From Ophelia neglecta (lineage: Eukaryota), in the NCBI GenBank assembly GCA_965285935.1, contig OZ260662.1:36766001-36830000 (forward strand): DNA of 64,000 bases. Direction: 5' to 3'. The notes beneath the pieces were generated by a model. That model made no database searches, was not told where the DNA came from, and saw only the letters and a list, made by a program, of their open reading frames with translations. Both the position numbers and the translations under genes were made by a program. Positions within the stretch are counted from its first letter, which is position 1, and each line of letters starts with the position of its first letter. Shown here one piece after another: positions 38,401-51,697 of this stretch.

Positions 38401-41400
38401 TAAATTGCCGAGTTGCCTGAGATCTTGGGAGTCAGTTGAAGCATACAATTCAAATTTAATGCTCATTTCTACAAGCTCTCTCTTAATTGCTTATTGGCAG
38501 GAAAGAAATATGTGGCACTATTTTTCTTAAGTTTTGTATATTAAATTCCTGCTTATATGAATTCTTTTCACATCTTTCGAGTTTTATGTATACTGTTTAC
38601 ATTGTAAAGCGTCCTTGAGCTCAAATACGAGGAAAAGAGCACTCTACATAATATTATACCAAATATATATGATTTGTGGTGTTAAAACCTTGTTAAATTG
38701 TTCTAAGTAATATGTCCCTGGGAGTGAGTTGTTTTCTACGGTAGATCATCGACGCGTTAGCCAGCGGGCCCACGCAACCGTTAACCGTAATAACGATATC
38801 ATTCAGGTATGTCAGGAAAAAAAATTCGCTAGTTTTTAATTAAATTTGATGGAGAAGGCTGATAGGTTATAGGTACTTGTACCTTACCCTTGCAATGCCC
38901 AACCTTTCCCAAACTTGTGCCCTAGCGTCACAGTAAACAGTTACAATGAGTAACGCCGTGCAGGAAGAAATATAAAGGTCAACATTATGGTTCAGATACT
39001 AAATAACGGTGTCAAACCCCAATACAGACAAAAAGGTATGGTCCCTCGCTTCCGATGTAAAAACTGCCAAAGCTTAATGTTCGGTAAGAAAAAAACAAAT
39101 TAAGGTGAAACTGACAAAGTCCTGTTATACTGTCCAATACACAACCAGCCATGGCAGGAATGCTGTATATTATAGGGTAAGCTTTAACATATCAGCTTTC
39201 TTTTGGTATGCTTTATCAATAAGAAAGGCAAATTTAAAACGACTGAAAGTTTAATTTTCCTGACCTACATAATGCAGTTGGCAACTGCGCCTAACGGTTG
39301 CTCGGGCGTATGCCCGCTGGCTACAGGGTTGATTGTCTACCTATTTTCGGTAAGCCAGCCAATAAGCCTTTGTATTCAAGACATCGTTTATGCCTATCAT
39401 TAGAAAAAAGTTGGGTTTTTTCTTCCATCAATCTGGAACCACATATATAGTGGCGATGAATAGTTCACTTTGGTACACTTATGTACGCATATAGTTTTGT
39501 CTTTTCCGTCGGCTTGTCCTGTCTCTCGGAATCTGGACCCAATTGCAACATTAACAATTTGCTCTACATAAAAAGAGATTCCAATGCTGGAATAATAGCA
39601 AGAGCAAAATAAAAAGGGAAGTATTTGGTCATATTTTGTGGCTTGCTATGAAGGCTGTGCCCATACGGGAATTTGCCGTTACCGTGCTTAATGGTGCTGG
39701 TGTACAGATGTTTCTTAAAGGCTTTATGCATATAACGAAAACGCCTATGGACTTTATGTCACAATAAATTATCAGTAAGAGATGTAAGAAAGGACAATAA
39801 TATTCACGATTATTAGTTAAGTTTAAAAGAATGAAACTCATTAAACAAATCATGCATATAATTTATTAAAAACATTCTCTTCGACAGCAAAATATGTAGA
39901 TAATATATACCAACGAAAAGAATGTACACATGATATGTCATTGAAAATGTCATTAGGCCTAGGTGCACTGCTTTGAATAAGGAAGAACACTAACTAGCTG
40001 CTTCTCTTCAACTGAACCCTATTAGATAAGGGCCATTTGGTCATGCATTCTGCACCATAGGCACGAGGCCTGCTCTCCAGAAGTAAAAAGGAGGACATAT
40101 GATAGATCAAAACATTTTTTTTAAAACACTGCCCTTTTCAAAAGTGACTTTCTCTAGATGGGTAAAGGAAATGCTAATGTACCTTTCCGCCTGGTGATTC
40201 TACCAGAGAAAAAACTTTAACATTAAGAAAACAACCATGGAGACCTTCTAAACACCTATTGGCAGTATCGCCTCAGGCTTTTGGAATCGTGCTGAAAAAA
40301 AAGCACTCTCTTTTAATGCTGTATAAATAGACCACCTGTGGTAATCTGAACACAATGTGTACTCCCGGGCCACTGTCTGGATATTTCACTGCCTCTCACT
40401 CTGTCTAGGAGTGGTGCAGCAGAAGAAAACAAACAGACCCTTAACCCTCAAATTGCAGGCAAGGAATCAATGTCTTCTGCTTTAAATAGAATTCTTTCTT
40501 GCAGAAAGAATGGCGAGAACACAGAAATGTATCCAATGTATGCAAGCACACATAGTGCGCGTAAGAGGCGGTAATTGGGGCTGTCTATAATATTTATCAT
40601 GGGTTGTAAGTACCCCTGATTGGAGGCCATGCACTTCTACCCTAAAGGCAAGACGTTTTTAAGCAGAGGCAAAGTCAATGTAAAAACAGTTGGGAGCTAG
40701 GTTTCTTATGATAAATTTGTGTCCCAAAAATCCTTAATATCGCTCAGTCAACATATTCAAGAATGCTTACGTAAGTGTACAATGCTATGACGTCATCAAC
40801 ATTTTGGAACTACCGGACTTTCACTGTTAATACCTCCATTTAAAAGAACTCCCATCATTTTTTCCTTACTCTGCCCCTGCGTGAAATTTAGTGCACTTTA
40901 CTTATTGTGTGTCGCCTTTAAATCTTACCCTGTCGGCTCGATGATTTTCGTGAGACATAATCTGTATCTATCTGCTCAATGTTTGGTTACCAAGCGGAAT
41001 AAGCATAATAATGTGGGGAAAAATCACCCAGATTCTGGCATTGCACGATAGATTCCATAGCATGCCTTTAGATATAAGCTGTCGTACCACCGGCAGGTAA
41101 ATTTGTATAGAGATTGAGTCATTAAGAAAACATATAACAGTTACATCTACACTGGTTACTGTCATTTATGTTATGAACACTTAGCCCTGTCGATAACAGT
41201 TACATCTACACTGGTTACTGTCATTTATGTTATGAACACTCAGCCCTGTCGATAACAGTTACGTCTACACTGGTTACTGTCATTTATGTTATGAACACTC
41301 AGCCCTGTCGATAACAATTACATCTACACTGGTTACTGTCATTTTATGTCCTGAACACTCAGCCCTGTCGATAACAGTTACATCTACACTGGTTACTGTC

Positions 41401-44121
41401 ATTTATGTTATGAACACTCAGCCCTGTCGATAACAGTTACGTCTACACTGGTTACTGTCATTTATGTTATGAACACTCAGCCCAGTCGATAACAATTACA
41501 TCTACACTGGTTACTGTCATTTTATGTCCTGAACACTCAGCCCTGTCGATAACAGTTACATCTACACTGGTTACTGTCATTTATGTTATGAACACTCAGC
41601 CCTGTCGATAACAGTTACATCTACACTGGCTACTGTCATTTATGTTATGAACACTCAGCCCTGTCGATAACAGTTACATCTACACTGGTTACTGTCATTT
41701 ATGTTATGAACACTCAGCCCTGTCGATAACAGTTACATCTACACTGGCTACTGTCATTTATTTTATGAACACTCAGCCCTGTCGATAACAGTTACATCTA
41801 CACTGGTTACTGTCATTTATGTTATAAACACTCAGCCCTGTCGATAACAGTTACATCTACACTGGTTACTGTCATTTATGTTATGAACTTAGCCCTGTCG
41901 ATAACAGTTACATCTACACTGGTTACTGTCATTTATGTTATGAACTTAGCCCTGTCGATAACAGTTACGTCTACACTGGTTACTGTCATTTATGTTATGA
42001 ACACTCAGCCCTGTCGATAACAGTTACATCTACACTGGCTACTGTCATTTATTTTATGAACACTCAGCCCTGTCGATAACAGTTACATCTACACTGGTTA
42101 CTGTCATTTATGTTATGAACACTCAGCCCTGTCGATAACAGTTACATCTACACTGGCTACTGTCATTTATTTTATGAACACTCAGCCCTGTCGATAACAG
42201 TTACATCTACACTGGTTACTGTCATTTATGTTATGAACACTCAGCCCTGTCGATAACAGTTACATCTACACTGGTTACTGTCATTTATGTTATGAACTTA
42301 GCCCTGTCGATAACAGTTACATCTACACTGGTTACTGTCATTTATGTTATGAATTTAGCCCTGTCGATAACAGTTACGTCTACACTGGTTACTGTCATTT
42401 ATGTTATGAACACTCAGCCCTGTCGATAACAGTTACATCTACACTGGTTACTGTCATTTATGTTATGAACACTTAGCCCTGTCGATAACAGTTACATCTA
42501 CACTGGTTACTGTCATTTATGTTATGAACACTCAGCCCTGTCGATAACAGTTACATCTACACTGGTTACTGTCATTTATGTTATGAACACTCAGCCCTGT
42601 CGATAACAGTTACATCTACACTGGTTACTGTCATTTATGTTATGAACACTTAGCCCTGTCGATAACAGTTACGTCTACACTGGTTACTGTCATTTATGTT
42701 ATGAACACTTAGCCCTGTCGATAACAGTTACGTCTACACTGGTTACTGTCATTTATGTTATGAACACTTAGCCCTGTCGATAACAGTTACATCTACACTG
42801 GTTACTGTTATTTATGTTATGAACACTCAGCCTTGTCGATAACAGTTACATCTACACTGGTTACTGTCATTTATGTTATGAACACTCAGCCCTGTCGATA
42901 ACAGTTACATCTACACTGGTTACTGTCATTTATGTTATGAACACTCACCCCTGTCGATAACAGTTACATCTACACTGGTTACTGTCATTTATGTTATGAA
43001 CACTCAGCCCTGTCGATAACAGTTACATCTACACTGGTTACTGTCATTTATGTTATGAACACTCAGCCCTGTCGATAACAGTTACATCTACACTGGTTAC
43101 TGTCATTTATGTCCTGAACACTTAGCCCTGTCGATAACAGTTACGTCTACACTGGTTACTGTCATTTATGTTATGAACACTTAGCCCTGTCGATAACAGT
43201 AACATCTACACTGGTTACTGTCATTTATGTCCTGAACACTTAGCCCTGTCGATAACAGTTACGTCTACACTGGTTACTGTCATTTATGTTATGAACACTC
43301 AGCCCTGTCGATAACAATTACATCTACACTGGTTACTGTCATTTTATGTCCTGAACACTCAGCCCTGTCGATAACAGTTACATCTACACTGGTTACTGTT
43401 ATTGATGTTATGAACACTCAGCCCTGTCGATAACAGTTACATCTACACTGGTTGCTGTCATTTATGTCCTGAACATTTGGCCTGTCGATAACAGTCGTAT
43501 CTTCACTTGTGGCTGTCAATAACAACGGAAATCAGTGTCGATAAGGCACAACGTACACAGACGTGCTAGAAGAAGTTGTTTAGAAGAACTTAAAGTATCA
43601 GCAAAAGAAACAAAGATCAACAACTGACGCCCGATCAGCATTTCCCGACGGCCGACAATTGCAAGCAATCTAACAGCACTTGGACGCGGTTTAATAATTC
43701 AAGTGTACGTAAACACGAGCAGAAGACAATCATATAGCTTGCACCGAACATAGGTTTTAGTAATCTATAATCAAAGTTCTAGGCACCGTAAATACTATTA
43801 ACTGGATAAAACGTCAATTTTCACTCATACTCTTTGTTTTGTATGTAAATAAAAGAAATAATCTAGTCCTCGGCATTCTGTGGCTTCTTTCCTCATATAA
43901 AAACCAACCGCTTGGTCGCTACAATAACAATAAAATTCCACTGTAAACTAAGTTACTTGTACTTGTATTTGAGTACCAAAAGGGTCGACAAGAGACATGC
44001 TATAAAAATGCACACGTAATTAATTAACGTTAAAACATGCAGGAAACTCGACATTGTACAGAAAAATGGTAACCGTGATATTATTTGTCAGTATTCAAGT
44101 GAATAGCGTTGAACTTACCAT
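25497..44121 (-). CDS. Soluble guanylate cyclase, beta (beta-2-like) subunit: H-NOX, PAS, coiled coil, cyclase (~664 aa)
   Basis: Exons 33143-33070, 32648-32548, 32147-31964, 31728-31655, 31428-30946, 30533-30359, 30137-29992, 28754-28606, 27311-27165, 26809-26655, 25800-25497 (TGA), plus an inferred ATG-only coding end of exon 1 at 44121-44119 (aacataATG|gtaagt); total 1995 nt. Motifs: (M)YGQIH, NLDSLH (heme His), [74 protein letters not shown]. The 25497-33143 part is secure; the position of the start exon is inferred. Confidence 0.93.
25824..26001. mobile_element. Tc1/mariner-pogo type MITE (178 bp, TA TSD)
   Basis: TA|CAGTGAAACCTG...CAGGTTTCACTG|TA with internal GACCAC repeats; a homologous copy in the opposite orientation lies at 1-171. 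Confidence 0.85.
27491..28180 (-). mobile_element. Probable LINE 3' end with (CTTCAA)n tail, in an sGC intron
   Basis: Minus strand ends AATAAA followed by CTTCAA tandem repeats (27491-27517); upstream translation [18 protein letters not shown] resembles a LINE ORF2 C-terminus. Confidence 0.5.
29347..29944. repeat. Tandem triplication of a ~198-bp unit in an sGC intron
   Basis: TTTTCAAAAATCTCAGGT..TGTCAGGTAAGAAT..GTGTTCAAGCAATAAGCGTTGAC recurs three times; units start near 29347, 29544 and 29743. Confidence 0.92.
32417..32481. repeat. (TA)n microsatellite
   Basis: About 32 uninterrupted TA units. Confidence 0.95.
33600..35200 (-). pseudogene. Decayed Mab-21 / cGAS-like receptor (cGLR) nucleotidyltransferase pseudogene, upstream of sGC exon 2 and inside its presumed first intron
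   Basis: Collinear motif remnants across shifting frames on the minus strand: ITAGSCA..EGT (35130-35090), PG..YVRMR (34957-34932), IRPAI (~34290), QWIQ (34159-34148), RNYGYFAI (34117-34094), E*SILTS (34032-34012), [10 protein letters not shown] (~33987-33958), CSYFMKT (33907-33887), WVV..NF..MFL (~33660-33600). Many stops and frameshifts. Confidence 0.6.
37345..38660 (+). mobile_element. Degenerate L2/CR1-clade non-LTR retrotransposon (RT region to 3' tail)
   Basis: Frameshifted RT motifs [60 protein letters not shown]; 3' end ATTGTAAAGCGTCCTTGAGC. Confidence 0.9.
41134..43495. repeat. 59-bp minisatellite, about 40 copies
   Basis: Unit ATAACAGTTACATCTACACTGGTTACTGTCATTTATGTTATGAACACTCAGCCCTGTCG repeated head to tail, with 57- and 60-bp variants and no unique spacers. 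Confidence 0.98.
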
Positions 44122-46510
44122 TATGTTGGTAAAGACGGTTCTCACCCAAGGCTCATTTCTTTAACTTATGAGTGTGTTTGGTTCTCTCAGTACTACCTTG
44201 ACCATAAGAGCGCAAAACGCCCGTCTGACAGCTACGACAGGATCACTGGCAATGTGTATTAAAAGCGTCGGTATCCGCGCAGGCGGATATCGACACGAAC
44301 TCCTTGAATGAGTAGCGCATACAAGGCTCCAAATATCAATAAAATGTCGTGACTGAGGTAGTGATTAACTCGAGTGACTCGTGGTTATCAACCTAAGAGG
44401 TAAGCGCCCCGAGACCCACACGATATGAGTAAACTACAATAAATGCATAATTACTCCTGACTTTCAACTCTGAGGGCGTATTGTCTTATATTTTCGGCTC
44501 GATATTTGTTCTGCAGAATAGCAGAGGCACTGGTCTGATAATAATAGAATTATGACCGTTATATATCATTATGTCGAAAGAAACAGCGTCAAAACGGAGG
44601 ATCACATATGCAGGGGGTTTATCTTAAACTGGTGATAAACCCAGGGTGATCAAACTCCCTGCCAAGCACAGCAAAAAAGTACTGTGAGTGGAACTCGAAA
44701 AGGGTCATATCTCTACAATAAATTTGTCATCCATTACTACTCACAATTCTTTTTCGGATTAGGCCTATATCTCAGCAGCTGTAATGGTTGTGACAAAATG
44801 AACCCAAAACATGTAAATTGATTCGAATTAATTGGATAAAACATTCGTTAGGTTAATTCTCTAACATTTTGCTCGGGATGCATTTGCGAAAATGAAAGAA
44901 ATGGAAAAATCATCTCCTTTGTCGTCTAAATGACAACTAGGTCATAGCATGTAGTGATTTCTTTTAAAGTTCATAACAGAAGGGTTATCTGTATAATGTA
45001 GAAACTCGTTCTAGGAATTGTATCTAGGCGTATACGGAATTTATTCCTCTTAAATAAACCGTCACAGTATTGAATCAGACGCCACCATATTTAGACACGA
45101 GGTCATTAATTAAATGTAGGAGCGAAGCCCTGGTCGAATTAAACGCCAGTTACTATGAAGTTTAGTATGGTAAAGCTGTATTTGACGCACGCTGCTACAT
45201 TTAGTGCATATCAGTCTTCTATTTTTATAAATATCAATTAGTCCAACAACCAGTTTAACAATGAATAATGTAACTAAAATAATATAAGACAATCAAACAG
45301 ATATACCCCATCCCACCCCCCACCCCCGCACACACAATTGTATGCTGCTACAGTGATCAGAAGGTCGGAACGCCTTCAGCCAATCTTAAAAACCATATCA
45401 CCCGATATTATGCATTTCATGTATCTTTCTGTATAACGTAACTTCTATATGTTAACCTTACTCTTTCAATCAGTCGCAGGTGGATTCCGCTCGGAAAAGT
45501 AAATTAATAGGCAAATGCAGGTCATATCGCCCAATTTTATGGGATAACGTATTACATCTTTAGGGAAAGTTCCGTTCAATTGCAATCAAATCTTCATATT
45601 ACTTGGGTAGATAGCTTAAAAGCTTGCCATTACCGTCTAAAAAAGTTGAAGATAACATTTTTTTCCAATCTATCTCTCAGTAAATATTTGCCTGTTTGTG
45701 TATCGAGACAGCGAGCGTAACCGGGACAACTTGGATGTTATATCTATCAGTGCATCACGAGTAAAGATGGTTACTGGCTAATATATTAGTGTAATAAATA
45801 AAAATCAAATTGACTGCTTGAAATATACATTCTGCTTATCACACCAAACCATTAACCTTCCGTTTTGGGTACCACACCTGAGTATTTTTGATAGATGAAA
45901 GTTTGCCTCAACACACGTATTAATTTAGCCACCAGTGTTGATTTTTTGTTGTTGACTAAAATCAATTATACTAAGAGCTAGCGTGATATGTCCCTAAATT
46001 AAACTTTAAGTATGTATTTCTATTTGCTAGCCTACCGTCAAAAGAAAATAATTAATTTATATATTAATATCTGTGCCCTCGGCACTTTTATTATGATTAC
46101 AAGTTGTTCAATGTTGTTAAATTATATTCTATTTACAAAGTAGCTGGGTCTTTTTTATATTGACATATATATGCCTAGTTATCTTGTTCAACCAAGGTGA
46201 ATAAAATTGAACCTCGTCCAGAAATACAGATTGGCCAAGCTTAGCACTTACAGTAACAGAAAAGTAACACCTGAGTATATATTTCAATAGAAATAGATTG
46301 AGCCAAATACGGTGAAAATGCATACATTGCACGATATATTAATTGATTTATGTCACCTACACAAAATAGGGAAAAACTACAATATATGTAAGGTTAAGTG
46401 TATTAAGGTAACAATCAATCACCATGCATGAATGTGTCACCAATCAACTTGCAGCAGTATAAAAGAGCAATTAGCTCCCTGAAAAAGGCGACCTTGAGTA
46501 ATTTATAATA

Positions 46511-46690
46511 CAGTGAAGCCTGTGTTTGTGGTCACCTGTATAAGAAGGTCACCTGCCCACTAAGGTCACTAAATGATACCCAGATCCCCTTTCACGCCTG
46601 TGTTAACTGACATGCCTATTAAAGTCCCCTACATAATGAGGTCAGTTTTTTTCCAGTCATTTGGCTAACAAGATAAGACCGGTTCCACTG
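46511..46690. mobile_element. Diverged relative of the CAGTGAA-terminated MITE family
   Basis: CAGTGAAGCCTG...CCGGTTCCACTG termini, about 180 bp, internal GGTCACC repeats. Confidence 0.55.
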
Positions 46691-46738
46691 TGCTTATTTA
46701 TGTTATGAAACAGGATAGCACCATAAAGAGGCTGACTG

Positions 46739-46946
46739 GGCTTTGTGTTAACTGCGAAAGCTTCGGCGAAAGCCCAATGGCTTCTTAAATTGGGCTAATA
46801 TGAACACAATAATAACCCTACCCTTACCCATTTATATCAAAAACAAAATTGAGATTTTTGGGTTTAGGGTTGGGTTCTAAAATAACTGATATGTTAGATT
46901 TTTGTGTCAAAAATGCTGCTTTCGCTTTCGCCGCTAACACAAAGCC
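46739..46946. mobile_element. 208-bp MITE with 9-bp TSD (Mutator/MULE-type)
   Basis: TIRs GGCTTTGTGTTAACTGCGAAAGC / GCTTTCGCCGCTAACACAAAGCC; exact flanking direct repeat GGCTGACTG at 46730-46738 and 46947-46955. Confidence 0.85.
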
Positions 46947-49159
46947 GGCTGACTGTCCGCAAATAACAAGTTTGTCTAATATGTGACATTAATCAGGAAA
47001 TTGCATTTGACTTACAAATCTTAATATACAAGACAGACAGGTGTGCCCTCTGAATTACCGAGCTTAAATATTGTTCGTATGAACGGGGGATTAGGAAAAT
47101 GAGCATCTGAGAGGGGGAGGGAGGTCAAGGATAAGAAGGGTGGAGCAGAACTGGGGAAAGTCTTGTTTAACGCACGTCCGCCCATGTCTGTCCTGAAATA
47201 AAGAGAGTAGAAATTTTTTCTCAATTATATTCGTTTGCTGAAGCCATCCTAATAGCTCATCTTATTACTCACAGAGAAGATATTCTGCCTGACCAATTCA
47301 GTCTAATCTATAGGCAATCACAAACTAATCTTAATAGACTTCCTTGCGCACCATTTACGTAAATAGCTTCCGGCATTGGCATGGTGAGCAAATGGACCTT
47401 TGTGTCAGCCATCTGGTTTGGAGGTTAGCGATAAATTTAAATGGCTTATCATGGCTGCATTATTCCTATCTTGAATATTCCAAATAACATTCATTTTATA
47501 TCTATTCCAGATCCTATTTTTCCGTGTCAGAAATCTGCCGTATAATTGTGCGGCCGGATACAGTCTTAACAGACTTCCTTGTTTATCTATAGGCCTAGTC
47601 GCTGATTTGATGGTTTATAAAAATCCCTTTAAATGTGAAACTATGGTGTTAATTTTTAACAACAATAAGATGAAGGTATTGCCTTGGATCGAGCATAGCT
47701 ATAGAAAACATTTAACACGAGAATTTCAGATATTTAGAATATTTGTACCATAATTAAATGATAGCCCTCCGTATTTTCATAACTTCACATCATATAGGCC
47801 TAAACAAGATTGCAAAGTGTGGGGATGCGAATGCTACAGTTGCTAGTTCATGCGCCGAAAGCATCACAATTATGCAACCCAAACTTTGTTCTCAGTTCCC
47901 TAGTCCGGATCAAGGAGCAACCGGAAACAGACTCCGTTAAAAACCTGAACCTTGTACACAGCATAATAGCATGTCATCAAACACGCAGGCTTGTTTACAT
48001 GTTCCATAAACACAAATGGTACTCCTCGGACCATGATATAAATGATATACATCCCTGGCCTTTCTCACAGGTGCGTGAGACGCTTGTCCGCAACGACCTA
48101 TTCATAACAGTAACTAAAGGTATGCATCTCCGCAGTGCGTCCAGTGTTAATGCCGCACTGCTACCCTAGCAGCTTGTTTGAACCTTCATTAGATTACCGT
48201 TATCTTATCCTTCGTCCTCTAAACAATGTCTCAATCAAAAAGTTTGTCATTAATACACATAATCACAGAGAGTATGCAATATACCAACTGTGAGGTACAA
48301 TTTTAATTAAGTTTCATTCACATCAATCTCAATTCGTAGCAGTTTTTTTTATTTACCATAAAAGGTGATTGATGGCAATTAATTCTAGAGACCCCCCCCC
48401 CCCCTACTGGTCTTTTACTGATAAATCTCGCGAGGGGTGGGGAGTGTATTCATTTTATCTTTGAAAATGAAAATGATAATTAAAGAAAGACAAACATTGG
48501 AATTGAAGTAAAAATTGGACCCCTTATGTCCTTTATCAACCGGCTATAGGTGCATGTACACATGCTTGGTGGCCAGCTCTAGCACGTCAATCAGAGCAGT
48601 ATTTCCAATCAGGGGACCGACAGGAGTTGACAAACATATGGATGAAAACATATGTTGTCGGATTTGTCAAAAACAGAGGCTATAAAGCGGGCCAGGCTTC
48701 AAAGACGGCAAACAAAACTGTGGAGCTGAACAGAGTAGAGAATGCAATAGTATGACCATATATTGAAGACTGCTTGATACAAGAGATGGTGTTATAAACC
48801 TACTTTCTTAATTCGAGCAGATATACTTGTAAAACAAAATCACTAATTGCATGCTGCTCTTATTGCCTAAGATACCAATATAGGATATAGATTAGCTAAA
48901 AGGACGCGAGTATCCGCTTGGCCAATGCCCAATACCTCTTTATAATACTGACGACCTACCCACTCACTGCTGGATTGGAACCCCTTTCACTGATGGATTT
49001 GAAGTACTGTCATATAAACTAGGAAATCAGGGGAGCTATCAGGCTACCATAGTAAAAACCGCAGATTCTCCTCTGTATTGTCGTCTGTCAGCATAAATCA
49101 ATCATCATCAGCTAAGTGCTATGTCTAGACATACATATAATCATAGGCTGATAGGCCTA

Positions 49160-49600
49160 TATATTGAAACTCTCCAGAAAAAGCGATTAGAATTATTTCG
49201 GGTGGTAATTATATTTCACACTCTGAGCCTGTTTTCAAAAGACTCAAATTGCTCAAAGAACACGACCCATACAAACTCAATGTGTTAAAATTCTATCATA
49301 AATGGAATCATATTCAGTTACCAGCTTATTTTCAAGTTCTTCCAATTTTCCCTTCATCCACTCTTCATTCCTACCGTACAAGAAACAGAACACGACTGTA
49401 CCCAACCCTTTCCCACCATGCATTTGCTGACGTCAGTATAGTTAACATTGTAAACTGAAACCCCTAGTTGTATCATTGAAAAAATCAAAACACATAGTTT
49501 GCAGGGGTATTGTGGTTAGATTATAAACTTTTTTATAAATAATTACTCTGAAATTTGTACATTAGTAGGTTATTACGCGTGTAACAGATATTAACCAATT
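49160..49600 (+). mobile_element. LINE ORF2 C-terminal relic (CR1/L2-like)
   Basis: Fragments LQKKAIRII, SHSEPVFKRLKLLK..D.YKLNVLKFYHKW..LPAYF, HSYRTR are typical of the post-RT region. Confidence 0.7.
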
Positions 49601-51697
49601 TGATCTACCTTGGTGTCATATACTCTTAGTTTATGCTAGCTAACTAATCTTGTATTTAAGTTGTTTATAGTTATACTTTTTGTATCTGTATGTCGTGTGT
49701 GAGTTGTTTTCCTGCTTAACTTTACTTTTCTGACTTTTGTATATTTTAAGTTTTGTGTGAGGGCATTATATTCATTGCGCATTTCTGTTCATGTCCAACT
49801 TTACGGATTGAATTATATTTAGTGTATGAAAAGTAGTCTGTGTATGAAGCATGCACATATTTTAGTTTTTATATTATATGAAATAAAATTGAGTTTTTCT
49901 GTTAACCTGGTAGGTGAAAAATGACTTGAATACCATTTGATGGTCATTTTGATCCTTCGCCTTGTTGTTCACTGAGCCCACGTGACAAGTTTGACCTTTC
50001 CTGAAAATTTCGTAGCATTATTCACACTACTAATGCTTTATAACCTGTTATATAAATCTAGACACTATTCGACAGTACTTACTAGGAAACTATACATCGG
50101 TTATATCGCTTTGTTTTGTGTCCTACAGTCATTGTGCAAGGTAATCAAGTTGTGCACATGACCTTCTAAATATCGTTGCTGTCTCCGACGTCACATTAAC
50201 CGACAGGATTTTACTTCCTATGTGCAATATGAAATGCTTAATTCATTCAGGCGTCTATATGGCCTGGTTGAAGGATGAGGCCCAGGAGTAAACAATTATT
50301 CATACCATTTGGGGGAGCTCGTTTGATAATTAAACCACCAAAAATTAAAAATCAGTGAAATTAAACACCTAATAGTATTCATTATTTTACTCTAAAGTAG
50401 TATAACGCACAGAGGAGATATTACCCAGCATTGGAAAATCTATTACAACAGTAGTTCATCGTGTACTTCGCAGTTTTTTAAGAGACTATGAAGGCCTTAT
50501 CTATCTTTGTCCGATTGTTCTCATTTCTAAGTTCGACCGCATCACGCGACTAGTGGCCTAAATTTACTCTATTAACATCGCGTTTTCGCAGTGTTGGGGA
50601 CCCACCTTTTTCTGAGTTGCAAAACAGTTTAACATTTTACTTGTGACGCTCTCTTTTTATTTCTTATGGCAAAAATATCTTAATTTCCATGTACTAGTAT
50701 CGGCGAAACAAAAATTGCGGCATGCATGCGAATTCAATAGGAAAGCTTACTAATAAAACTTATATTTATTCGTAATAATTAGATCATTAATCGAGGATTT
50801 GGGTTTGGATTTTTGGGCTTCAAGGAAACATAACAAAAAATTCAAACCCTCCATTATTATACGGTTGAGAGGTGGTTAAGCCTTTTCATTTTCTGATATG
50901 ATAAATACACAGGCCTTTGGTTTATATCATAATGTTAAGTTTGACCCATAGGGCGCGACATGTACTTATTACGTCTCAAAATCGCCCCATCGCTCCATGC
51001 ATGTACAATATATATATATATACTACAGAACGGGATTTTCAGGCGAAATTAAGTACCAGCCATGGGGGTTTCACAGCAAGAACTCATGTCGAAACATGGC
51101 GTAAGGTAAAGTGATCAGTTAAGAGTTATGGTTCTAAATTCAATTTTCAATTTAAACATATGTCTCCGATCATATATGTGTACATTCTTATTTTAAAAAT
51201 TGTACACCAATCTCTTTCGAAACCATGTCAATTACAATCAGTTGATTATTAAAAGAAGCAATGTACAACTCTCCTAATATAGTAAACACTGTATAATTAT
51301 GTACTCTTATTTGATTAAAATGGTTCACATGTGAATGCATTCATATATATATGCATCCTGGTCTATCTCGCCGACACTAAAGGTCACTTCCCAGGGCGAC
51401 TGAATGCCCGGAGGTGCGGCCACAGTTGGATCTAAATATGATCAATAAATGAACTGGCCTGGTGAATTATGCGAACTATTCATGAATAAGTCTCGTAAAA
51501 TCGAATGCCATACCATGTGTATTACTGAGGACGCAAAACATTCCATCACCTTATATGTCCGACTTCGTATGCGAACACCTGGCAGTCATGAATCCATATT
51601 TCATCAGGATGCCATCATTATTCTAAATCTGCTGCTAAACTTCAATATGTACCGGAATCAATATTAAGATTCAAACTATGTTAAAGTCAATATTTTA

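Noticed and set aside
41134-43495. CRISPR-like regular array
   Set aside because: Units are contiguous near-identical repeats without unique spacers, there are no cas genes, and the context is eukaryotic. It is a minisatellite.
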